Made by a program: the position numbers and the translations under genes | Source of the DNA: a virus | Lineage: Duplodnaviria; Caudoviricetes | IMG/VR virus record: IMGVR_UViG_3300027969_000041 | DNA length: 64,000 nucleotides | Strand: one strand, 5' to 3' | Shown here: piece after piece, positions 37,717 to 46,220 of the stretch | Numbering within the stretch: the stretch's first letter is position 1 | Layout of the letters: the number at the start of each line of letters is the position of its first letter | Notes under the pieces: model-generated | What the model was told of the DNA's origin: nothing | The model's input: only the letters and a program-made list of their open reading frames with translations | Database searches by the model: none

Positions 37717-38507
37717 TCGCAGTTCCACTTTCTTAATGCTAGAGCTTTGCGTGTAGGTTCACCGTTGGGCTTTTTCATTGGCCCTTTACTGCCACCCATT
37801 CTAGCACAAAATGATTTACGACGCTTGGCCGCCTTGCTTCCGGGTTTAAGTTTGCTAGGTTTAGTAGTAACTGCTGTTTGTAATTTGCTGCCTGGATTTT
37901 CTCTACGATAGCTAGCAACACCTTTAGCATTTAAGCCACCGTTCTTGTTCTTGCCTGCCTTGCGATGCCAAGCAGCTGATTCGGCAACATGACCATCTAA
38001 GAATGTATCGGCAAACTTTTTACAAAGAGTGCGTATAGCAGGATTGCGAGTTTCTTCTAAAGTAAATGTGCGTTCATCATGCTTATCATCACCTTGACTT
38101 GGGTCTTGATATCCGCAATATACTTTATGTACTATGGAGTCATTAATTAGTTCTGTACAGCTTTCGCCATAGCGTCCGTCTGCTGTAATATCACTGTGCT
38201 CGCTACATGGACTAAGAGTTGTAATAATGATACTACCTTTTGGCACAGGTTGACCATAATTACTTTCATATTCTTCAATGGCAGCTCTTTCTGCGTGTAC
38301 TCGACTACCATCTTCGTTGGGATAATTTACAGAGGCAGCTAAATTATTATCAGGATCTAGAACACCGGCAGCAACCATACCGTAGTGTTTGCTGTCCTCT
38401 TGTTGTCCTTCGATAACCATCTCACATAACTTAACTAGTATTTGATCTAGTTTTTCGTGGTTATGTATTTCGTAGTCATCTGACTCTAATAAATCGGTTA
38501 TTTTCAT
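37713..38507 (-). CDS. Zn-dependent deaminase (RibD/CDA fold) fused to a basic DUF6321-like module
   Basis: HAE...TLSPC...SC..LI...V..GYQDP; C-terminal AAWHRKAGKNKNGGLN...RRKSFCARM...LRKWNC. Confidence 0.65.
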   Translation of the reverse strand: MKITDLLESDDYEIHNHEKLDQILVKLCEMVIEGQQEDSKHYGMVAAGVLDPDNNLAASVNYPNEDGSRVHAERAAIEEYESNYGQPVPKGSIIITTLSPCSEHSDITADGRYGESCTELINDSIVHKVYCGYQDPSQGDDKHDERTFTLEETRNPAIRTLCKKFADTFLDGHVAESAAWHRKAGKNKNGGLNAKGVASYRRENPGSKLQTAVTTKPSKLKPGSKAAKRRKSFCARMGGSKGPMKKPNGEPTRKALALRKWNCE

Positions 38508-39859
38508 TTCTTCTTAGGAACACGGATTGGTAGTTTGCTGATGTCGTGACCTTGGTCTGCATTGGCAAATTCTTGTCCAACGTTTTGTTTGACTTTTACT
38601 TTTTGTGCAAATTGTGGATTATTTGCAACACCTACCATTAAGTTATGCTGTGCTTGACTAACAGAACGCTCTAACATGTTTGTCAGTGATTCCATATAAG
38701 CATCTTCATCTACTAGAGATATCATAGCATTAGAAAGATCTACACCGGCTGCTGCCTGTCCTCTGCCCCATTTAATTAAGTTACTACGACCCGTAATAGG
38801 TTGAGGATTTAATGGCTTACCGTCAATGGTAAGATTGTATTTTCTAAATTCTCTAGGATCATCTTCGCCTTCGGGATCTCTTGGCCCCCGACTAAACCCT
38901 GTAGTGTTGGCGTGATAGTTATTCCTATATACCCCTTCTACCTTGGCTTTTAATTCTGCTAAACGGGCTTGTAATTCTTCCTTCATTAAAGAATCATTGC
39001 CAGTCTGACGTTCTACTTCACGCTCTTTATCACTGATCATAAAGTTCATAATACCAACAACTGATTCTTGTGCCTGACTAAGTTTCATCTGTACCCATTC
39101 TGGTAAATCTTCTTCATCACCGATAGCATGTTCTAAATGTTTTAAGACTCGTAGCATAGTATGGATTTGATTCTTTACAAAACTACCTTCCATACTGTCG
39201 TGGTCTTGTGGATCAATGGTATCTAATTCTGTATCCGATACGTTGCCTTGATCGTCTTCCGCCACACCTTGCCCTAATGGACTTTTTGGTGGAACATATT
39301 TCTTTCCAGTCCTCGGATCCACTCTCTGCGAGGGGTGATTTCCATAGCCTTGTTCCGCCACACCTTGCTGATCTTTTTGTAACCAATCATAAACACTTAC
39401 TAGGTCACTGGGAAAGTCTTCGTCATAGTTAAATACAGACATAGCTCTTTTATTACCTAGGTCTTTTACTGCTATAGGCCAAGCTGCATCTAATATTGCG
39501 TTCTCGTCTTTGATATTTGGATTTGCGCCAAACACTTGTTTTGCTAAATCTTCAGCATATGAAGATTCTGCTAGAGGCTTTTTATGTTTTACATCACCTT
39601 GCTTCATTGCTTTTTTCTTATCTTTGTGTTGACCAGCACCACCCATCTTGGCGTTCTTAGCAACAAAGTTACGAGGCTTTGGAGTTTCTTTCTTTTCTTG
39701 TGCAAGGATGTTATCGCCCGGTGGGTTGCGTCTTTGCATACCGCCTAGTGTACTATCCATACTTGCAATGTCGCTTGTACTAGAACTTCCACCTGTTGCG
39801 CTTTCTAATGTGTAAACAGTTTGTTCTTTAGATTTTGTAACTTTAAATTCGTGTTTCAT
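38504..39859 (-). CDS. Modular putative internal virion polyprotein
   Basis: Short modules separated by TLE, LAE, VAE, VAE, MLE; includes a DLPEWVQMKL helical module. Confidence 0.55.
   Translation of the reverse strand: MKHEFKVTKSKEQTVYTLESATGGSSSTSDIASMDSTLGGMQRRNPPGDNILAQEKKETPKPRNFVAKNAKMGGAGQHKDKKKAMKQGDVKHKKPLAESSYAEDLAKQVFGANPNIKDENAILDAAWPIAVKDLGNKRAMSVFNYDEDFPSDLVSVYDWLQKDQQGVAEQGYGNHPSQRVDPRTGKKYVPPKSPLGQGVAEDDQGNVSDTELDTIDPQDHDSMEGSFVKNQIHTMLRVLKHLEHAIGDEEDLPEWVQMKLSQAQESVVGIMNFMISDKEREVERQTGNDSLMKEELQARLAELKAKVEGVYRNNYHANTTGFSRGPRDPEGEDDPREFRKYNLTIDGKPLNPQPITGRSNLIKWGRGQAAAGVDLSNAMISLVDEDAYMESLTNMLERSVSQAQHNLMVGVANNPQFAQKVKVKQNVGQEFANADQGHDISKLPIRVPKKK
39257..39368. repeat. 16-bp direct repeat TTCCGCCACACCTTGC (39257-39272 and 39353-39368), encoding QGVAE on the minus strand; near-copy at 41236-41250
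   Basis: Read directly; the third copy has 1 mismatch over 15 nt. Confidence 0.85.
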
Positions 39860-40212
39860 TTTTTCATCCAGTTTGCTACAGGACTTACAGTATATACGTT
39901 GTCCATTTCTTGACTGCGACTATTAGTCCAAACTTGCTTACTACCGTCACCAACTTGTTGTGAAGCATAATTAATGATATCCATTTCGGCCTCTGTGTAA
40001 GGTGCTAATAACGGATCACCACCGATCCAGTTTTCTGCTTTAGTAGGAAATTCAGGAGCACCTGCCATTGCCAATCCAAAACGATAATGTAACCGAGCAC
40101 TGCCGTGATTCATATTCTGTGCAGGCATTGTGGTTACACTTCTCATAGAAGACTTTACATTTTTAGAAATCTTCTTTATCCCGCCTTCGACAACAAATTC
40201 TTGTGCTCTCAT
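39856..40212 (-). CDS. Putative internal virion protein
   Basis: N-terminus MRAQEFVVE. Confidence 0.55.
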   Translation of the reverse strand: MRAQEFVVEGGIKKISKNVKSSMRSVTTMPAQNMNHGSARLHYRFGLAMAGAPEFPTKAENWIGGDPLLAPYTEAEMDIINYASQQVGDGSKQVWTNSRSQEMDNVYTVSPVANWMKK

Positions 40213-40213
40213 A

Positions 40214-40654
40214 TTAATTACTCTTTAGACTAGCACGTAGGAACCAACCGTGTTTTTCGTGTGCGTCCATGCGTTCTGCTAGGAAATTGCTGAAGCCATG
40301 CTTACCGGCAGCTTCTGCGGCATCGTATGTTTTCTTTAGGATAATAATCATCTTTTCATTATCCATTAATAATTCTTGCATCATTGCACCTGGAAGAAGA
40401 ATTTCAGTTTCGTCTTCTACCTTGCTCAACATATTAAACCGTGATAAACTAGCAGGAGTATATGTTTCTATTTTGCGAATATTTTCTGCAAAGTTGTCAA
40501 TGCTGCCGTATACTTCTGTATAGATAACATCAAATAATTGATGATATTCGTAAAAGTCTTTACCTTCTACATTCCAGTGAAAGTTCTGTGCTTTTAGCGC
40601 AAAACTAAATTCACTGGCGAAGGCAATTTTTGCAATTTGTTGTAGCTGTTCCAT
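40214..40654 (-). CDS. dps: Dps/ferritin-like DNA-protecting protein
   Basis: KAQNFHWNVEG..FYEYHQLF, DNFAENIR, HEKHGWFL; start MEQLQQ at 40654, with ATAAATA ending 7 nt upstream. Confidence 0.85.
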   Translation of the reverse strand: MEQLQQIAKIAFASEFSFALKAQNFHWNVEGKDFYEYHQLFDVIYTEVYGSIDNFAENIRKIETYTPASLSRFNMLSKVEDETEILLPGAMMQELLMDNEKMIIILKKTYDAAEAAGKHGFSNFLAERMDAHEKHGWFLRASLKSN

Positions 40655-40667
40655 GATACTATATTTA

Positions 40668-40922
40668 TTATTTTCCAAACCATAACTTAAACCATTCATC
40701 TGTGCCTGGTTTAATGTTTTGTTCTCGTTGTATTTGCCCTTTATTGCTGCCTACAACAGGCTGTCTTAGTGTAGCTCTATATTCTGATAGGCGCTCTGCA
40801 ACCCCTAATCCACCCATCATAGCGGCAGCTTTTAATTCGTGTATAGGATCTTCCGGAGCAAGATAAGCATCTTCTGCACTATCTTGTACTAGATCATCTA
40901 CGGTTATTCTGTATTGCTTCAT
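40668..40922 (-). CDS. Hypothetical protein
   Basis: 84 aa; C-terminal IKPGTDEWFKLWF; internal GVAE. Confidence 0.55.
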   Translation of the reverse strand: MKQYRITVDDLVQDSAEDAYLAPEDPIHELKAAAMMGGLGVAERLSEYRATLRQPVVGSNKGQIQREQNIKPGTDEWFKLWFGK

Positions 40923-43900
40923 TTACAATAATCTTATTGATCAATGCATCCATGATGTTTTGTACATCTTCGCTTACAGGCACATACTTATTCTCGCTGA
41001 TCTTTTTACAACTACCTTCTTCGCCTCGTGCTTTACCTGGAACTTTTCTAAAACCTGTCCAGCACTTATCGTAGATTTTACTGTTGCCGTGTGCTTCGCA
41101 CATACCACAATCTGGGCATACTGCTTCCATGTCAATGCTTTCATCGTGCTTCTTTTTACCGGCACAGTGAGCCTTTTGTGAGAATCCTTTTGGATGACTG
41201 CAATTGATACTGCTCTTGTACTTTTGACTCCACTCTTCCGCCACTCCTTGATGTATTCGTGTCAAATCACTAGTAAGTACATCTTTAGTAATACCACCAA
41301 AGTCAGACAAAATTGTAATGCGAGAATATTTACGATCTTTTGATTGGGCTTCAATCTTTGCTTTTCGTCCTAGGTAAGATACTATATCACCAACTCCTAG
41401 TTGTTTAACTGTTGCGCCGCCTAGGTTAACTGGCGTATCACCTGCAAAGTTGCCTTGTGGTCCCCATGGATCATCGTTTGCTGATTCACCTTGCTGTTTT
41501 TGTTTTTCGGCCCATTGCTTTTCAAACTCTGCTTTTGCTTGTGCAGCTCTTTCTTTACTTGCGTCGGACTTTTGTTTTTGTTGATCCCAAGCCTTGCCTA
41601 ATTTTGCGGCAGCACTTGTACGAGTAGTCTCAGTAAGTCGAGGGCGAATTAATGCTGTGGATAATCTTTCAGCAACTGGTTGTGCTACCGGAGCAGGTTG
41701 TTGTACTGCGGGTTGTTGTGCAGGTTGTTGTGCTGGTGGTTGTATTTGCATCTTATTCCCCGAAATGTCCATTAAATGTTTAATCCAGTTTGGTGGAAGT
41801 TTTTGAGCACCATAATTTCCGCCGTTAAATCCGTTATTCCAAAAAGCAAATTTTTGTTCTGCTGTTTCAGTAGGAACCCATTTGCCCTTGGTTACCTCTA
41901 CAGAACTTTGAGATAGTGCTTGACGCATTTTGGTAAAACTCATACCGCTGCCGCCAGCCGCTTCATCTCGTTCTGTAACTTCTACTTCTATTTTAACATG
42001 CTCGTACCCTGGAAACTTTCTAACTTTCATTAACGACGCCCGGAACTGTTCGGCCATTGCTTTTCTGTCCTTACCTACTACTATCCAAACTGTATCGTAT
42101 CTTGGAGGTTTTCCTGGTAGAGGATTAATCAATTCATGCTTAATCTTTTGAAGTAAAGATCCGCCGTCGTGATCTACTGTTGAAATATTTTTAGCATATT
42201 GAGGATATAACTTATTCCATGTTTGTACTTTAACTGCTGGAGGAATAGGATCATCCGGGCCTTCAGCATTGCCAATGAACAAATAAGGATCACCACCTGT
42301 TTTATTTGCCAGTGCAATAGCCTCACTAAACAGTTGTTGATGTCCCATGTGACCAACTAAACTACCGACAGCGACTACTGCTGTTTTACTTTCGCCCCTC
42401 GGGCGTTCTGTTCTGGCACTGGCCATAGCAGCGTTCTTAGCACTGATAACATCGCGCTGTTCTTGGCTAGTAACTTTGATAGGACCTAGGCGACTATTGA
42501 TAACAATGCCTTCGTAGTCTTTGCCTAATATATCTTTACCAATAATATTAGGATCTTCAATAATGGCTTTTTCTAATGACAGCTTAATAGGTTGTAGTTT
42601 TTCTTCAACTTCTCTTTTAAGTTGTTGACTTACACGATCACGCTTGCCTGATGTATCACTGACAATCTGTTTTAATTCTTCGATGTTGTCCAATGGATTA
42701 ATAAGTTCAGTAACATCCAGTCCTTCTTTTTGTGTAAGACTATTATCAATAAACATTACACTACCACTGCTACCTACACTTAATAATTCTTTGATAAACT
42801 TATTAGAATCTTCTAGGTCTTCTCCTGTGCCAGCATCTGTGACACGGAATGGTACTAACGCAAGTTGTACACCTTCTGGTAATTTGTCATACTGTATACC
42901 TACAAATTTTAATTTACCTTCTGGAGTTTCTGTAGCAAACGGCAAATACAATACTTCGCAGGTTACTTGTTTGTTAACTAAAAACTCCGCACCTAGTTTG
43001 CTGTCTACTAATTGAATAGCATTCATCATTTCGTTGAATAGTTGATCAAACAACTGAGCACGACCTAGTATATCTGGATCAGTTGTACCTTTTTGTTTAT
43101 GGTATGCTAGGAAACCTGCTTGATAGCGCGGCTCAGTACGGCTAGTACCCATAAAAGGTTTGCCGTCTGCGTTCTTACCGAAGCGACCACCAAATCCATC
43201 TACTTTAACATTTAACGGAATATTCTGTAATCTAAAACTTCCATTACCGTCGCTTATTTCATCTAGTAGATCTAAAAAATCAGGTGCCTTTAGATCACGA
43301 AGGTGTGGCATACCTTTGCGTAGCTGTGCTTTAACTTCTGCTTCTGCTAATGGTTGAGCGGGCTTCTTGGCATTAAACGCAGCTTCATAATCTTTGGCCA
43401 TTTGTAAAACTTGCTTACGCATGTTCTTCATACCTGTTTGGTCTAACAGATAATCTATGGCTGTCATTTTTGTTTTGAAATCAGTCGTTGGATCATCGGC
43501 ATCGATCATTTGAGCGCCTTTGCCAAAGTTAATCTTTAAGAATTCATTAACTACAATTTGATGTTGATCGGGCGTAAAATATTGTTTCATTAATTCTACA
43601 CTGCCAACAAAGCTGGCCATCATTTTAGTTTGATTGCCTTCGGCAGGTGTACCAAAGAACTGCTCAAATTGTAGACTCATGTCTTTGATATATTCACTGT
43701 CTTTTGGCTCCAACGGAACCATTACAGGAACACCGTTAATTTCTAACGGAATATTTTCTTCTGGAGTAGGTTGGCGATATTTGGCACGAACCCCACCGCC
43801 TCCTACACTAGCTACAGCAAAACTAAAATTGGCATCGTGGAATGGCGGTGGCGGACTATCTAAATCTGCAACATACTCTTTGCCGTCGTCGCCTCCGAAT

Positions 43901-44682
43901 ATTCTAACACCCTTTTTCTTACCGGCACCTGTTACTTTAGCAATATATTTGTCAGTAGGAGCAACTTTGGCCAATGAACGATACAGCCATTGACGGAATA
44001 CACCCTTCATACCTACTTCTAGATCTTCCCAAGCACTACCATGACTTACCTGTGCCCATTCTGTAGGAATTTCAAATCCTCTAGCATCTGTGGTATAATC
44101 ACTAAATTCTAAATCAACTTGTAAAGTAATAGGCGGTTCGTGTACTTGCCATAATGCTAACCATTGGTCACTTCCCTTTTTTGTACCTAACAATGTAGCA
44201 CTACCAATATTAGCGCCGATGTTTTTATGTACAAATTCTTCTATCTGTGGTTCTAATCTGCGATCAATTTGTGTATCAATGTCGCCGACTTTTTTCTTTA
44301 CACGTTGAAAGTCTTTGTCAGCGACGCCAATCTCTTTTGGGTTAGTATCTGACTCGGGCTGATTTGGATTAAATCTAGGATTTGGTTGACGCAACTGCAT
44401 AAACCATTTACTGCTTCCGCTAATAAATGTTTCTACTTCTTTTTCAATTAACTCTGGACTCCAAATTGGTCTGCCGTATTGTTTAGTGAATAAGTTATTG
44501 ATATCGACTAATAGTTGTTTTACCGCAGGCTGCATAGCGGCACGGTTCTTTGAATCTATTTTACCTGCACTATAGGTGCCTGGCACGCCGGTCCATCCAA
44601 CAGTAGGTGTACCTGCAGCAGTATGACTGGCAAGGTTACCGCCTTCGTTGATTTGTTTTTTGAATATATCCCTCAGTATCAT
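40894..44682 (-). CDS. Multidomain protein: Pol-beta-like nucleotidyltransferase + ligase-like (KxDG) adenylation domain + HIGH-family nucleotidyltransferase + small C-terminal modules
   Basis: GS(89-90)..GDID(133-136)..QVD(188-190); KVDG(493-496), EGIVI(724-728), K736; GHMGH(777-781), VVGKDR, GMSFTKMR; Cys-containing tail peptides. Confidence 0.6.
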   Translation of the reverse strand: MILRDIFKKQINEGGNLASHTAAGTPTVGWTGVPGTYSAGKIDSKNRAAMQPAVKQLLVDINNLFTKQYGRPIWSPELIEKEVETFISGSSKWFMQLRQPNPRFNPNQPESDTNPKEIGVADKDFQRVKKKVGDIDTQIDRRLEPQIEEFVHKNIGANIGSATLLGTKKGSDQWLALWQVHEPPITLQVDLEFSDYTTDARGFEIPTEWAQVSHGSAWEDLEVGMKGVFRQWLYRSLAKVAPTDKYIAKVTGAGKKKGVRIFGGDDGKEYVADLDSPPPPFHDANFSFAVASVGGGGVRAKYRQPTPEENIPLEINGVPVMVPLEPKDSEYIKDMSLQFEQFFGTPAEGNQTKMMASFVGSVELMKQYFTPDQHQIVVNEFLKINFGKGAQMIDADDPTTDFKTKMTAIDYLLDQTGMKNMRKQVLQMAKDYEAAFNAKKPAQPLAEAEVKAQLRKGMPHLRDLKAPDFLDLLDEISDGNGSFRLQNIPLNVKVDGFGGRFGKNADGKPFMGTSRTEPRYQAGFLAYHKQKGTTDPDILGRAQLFDQLFNEMMNAIQLVDSKLGAEFLVNKQVTCEVLYLPFATETPEGKLKFVGIQYDKLPEGVQLALVPFRVTDAGTGEDLEDSNKFIKELLSVGSSGSVMFIDNSLTQKEGLDVTELINPLDNIEELKQIVSDTSGKRDRVSQQLKREVEEKLQPIKLSLEKAIIEDPNIIGKDILGKDYEGIVINSRLGPIKVTSQEQRDVISAKNAAMASARTERPRGESKTAVVAVGSLVGHMGHQQLFSEAIALANKTGGDPYLFIGNAEGPDDPIPPAVKVQTWNKLYPQYAKNISTVDHDGGSLLQKIKHELINPLPGKPPRYDTVWIVVGKDRKAMAEQFRASLMKVRKFPGYEHVKIEVEVTERDEAAGGSGMSFTKMRQALSQSSVEVTKGKWVPTETAEQKFAFWNNGFNGGNYGAQKLPPNWIKHLMDISGNKMQIQPPAQQPAQQPAVQQPAPVAQPVAERLSTALIRPRLTETTRTSAAAKLGKAWDQQKQKSDASKERAAQAKAEFEKQWAEKQKQQGESANDDPWGPQGNFAGDTPVNLGGATVKQLGVGDIVSYLGRKAKIEAQSKDRKYSRITILSDFGGITKDVLTSDLTRIHQGVAEEWSQKYKSSINCSHPKGFSQKAHCAGKKKHDESIDMEAVCPDCGMCEAHGNSKIYDKCWTGFRKVPGKARGEEGSCKKISENKYVPVSEDVQNIMDALINKIIVNEAIQNNRR

Positions 44683-44683
44683 G

Positions 44684-45058
44684 TTAGCGTCCTAACTTGT
44701 ACTTATCTTTGACTACATCTTCACGGAAGTGATTGAATAACTTTTCGCAGAGTTCTTTGCGTAATTCTTCTGTGAATGTTTTTTCAGGACGACCTGTTAA
44801 CTTTTTGTGATGATAGTATTCCATGCAACCTTTGTTAACCATAGGTAAGAATTCTTTAATACATTGTTCTTTGTCTAACTCTTCTTTCATACTCTGATGC
44901 TTCATCTTTTTTGCAATGGGCAAGGCATAGTCTTTGTGTAGTTTATCGTGATCTAGAATGTACCAAAATAGGTCATCGTGCATCTCTTTGTCGTCACTAT
45001 TTTTAGACATCTCTTTGCTGATATCTATTGTTTTTCCAAAAAATTCATTTAATAACAT
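44684..45058 (-). CDS. Hypothetical (putative internal virion) protein
   Basis: N-terminus MLLNEFF; ATAAATA at 45112-45118 upstream. Confidence 0.55.
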   Translation of the reverse strand: MLLNEFFGKTIDISKEMSKNSDDKEMHDDLFWYILDHDKLHKDYALPIAKKMKHQSMKEELDKEQCIKEFLPMVNKGCMEYYHHKKLTGRPEKTFTEELRKELCEKLFNHFREDVVKDKYKLGR

Positions 45059-45140
45059 ATAATTAATATACCTAGATTTCGTGAGAACAGGATATACTCT
45101 CTCGTATAGAGTATTTATTACAAGTTGATCAAACGGAAAT

Positions 45141-45536
45141 TTAGTGATTGACTAGTACTGATTGTACAGTACCAGCATTTATTTGAACTTTGCCACGAAC
45201 CCACACAAAATTGCCTGTAAAATTAAAGCAATCTACTGTGCTAGTAGACCTATTATCTATTAATCTATATGAAACTCTTGTATCTATTATATCGAACCAG
45301 TCAGTAGCTACAGGCTCAGATGCAAGGGTTGCTTGGGTTGTCATAGTACCAACAAACAAAGGAGAAGCAGTATACATAACAGTATGCATGCCATCGCCGC
45401 TACTAAAATATCCGTCGCCTTTGACTTTATCACTGACATATACTAGTGTAGTTGTGGCGGTGTTTGGATAAACAACCTGTACAGACGGGTTGCCGTTGGT
45501 GTTTGTAAAAAGAAAAGTTTGACTTAGTGCTGGCAT
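45141..45536 (-). CDS. Late-expressed beta-rich hypothetical/structural protein
   Basis: KGDGYF, NFTGNFVWVR; ATAAATA at 45546-45552. Confidence 0.55.
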   Translation of the reverse strand: MPALSQTFLFTNTNGNPSVQVVYPNTATTTLVYVSDKVKGDGYFSSGDGMHTVMYTASPLFVGTMTTQATLASEPVATDWFDIIDTRVSYRLIDNRSTSTVDCFNFTGNFVWVRGKVQINAGTVQSVLVNH

Positions 45537-45548
45537 AGTAAAGTATAT

Positions 45549-46220
45549 TTATGCCACTATTAGGTTCTCTCTTAGTACATATTCTTCTACAACCCGAACA
45601 TTATTACCTAAAAATAGACCAAACATGGCCAGTGTTTTATCATCCTCAACATACATAAATGGTGCTTGTACATAGGCGTTTCTGCCAGATAACCATCTAC
45701 TTGTAGAGTCTGCAATAGATATACTGCTGCCATATTTTTTAGCCCATTCTAAGAACTTAGGTCTAGAATCTAATGGCATGTTTGGTCTAAAGTTTATCTT
45801 GTATCTATATTTGTCATACGGAAAATTACTACAAATAACTTTCTTTTTACCACTGGACAGCATGAATTCTAGTTCTTCGTCGCTATCTGGCCCTGTAACT
45901 GCTTTGAGCCATTTGCCCATGTCTTTAACGATAGCATCTTTTAATTCACGATCCTTGCAAAAGAAGTTAAAATGACTTCCCTCTGCACGAATCTGTAAAT
46001 CCTTGTCTAGATAAGGTTCAACTACATTTAAAAATTCAATCACACAGGCTTTTTCCTGATCGGAGGATTTAACCCATGTGTTTGTTTTCTGTGCTGCCCA
46101 ATGTCTAGTGCCTTCTGCGCCAAGCCTAATAATCATACTAGACCTAGTTAGGATACATTCAATCTTAAAAGGCCACTTACCGTAGTAGAGCTTATTGATT
46201 TTCTGCTTCAGCCGGCTCAT
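45549..46220 (-). CDS. Hypothetical protein
   Basis: 223-aa ORF overlapping the ClpA 3' end by 29 nt. Confidence 0.55.
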   Translation of the reverse strand: MSRLKQKINKLYYGKWPFKIECILTRSSMIIRLGAEGTRHWAAQKTNTWVKSSDQEKACVIEFLNVVEPYLDKDLQIRAEGSHFNFFCKDRELKDAIVKDMGKWLKAVTGPDSDEELEFMLSSGKKKVICSNFPYDKYRYKINFRPNMPLDSRPKFLEWAKKYGSSISIADSTSRWLSGRNAYVQAPFMYVEDDKTLAMFGLFLGNNVRVVEEYVLRENLIVA

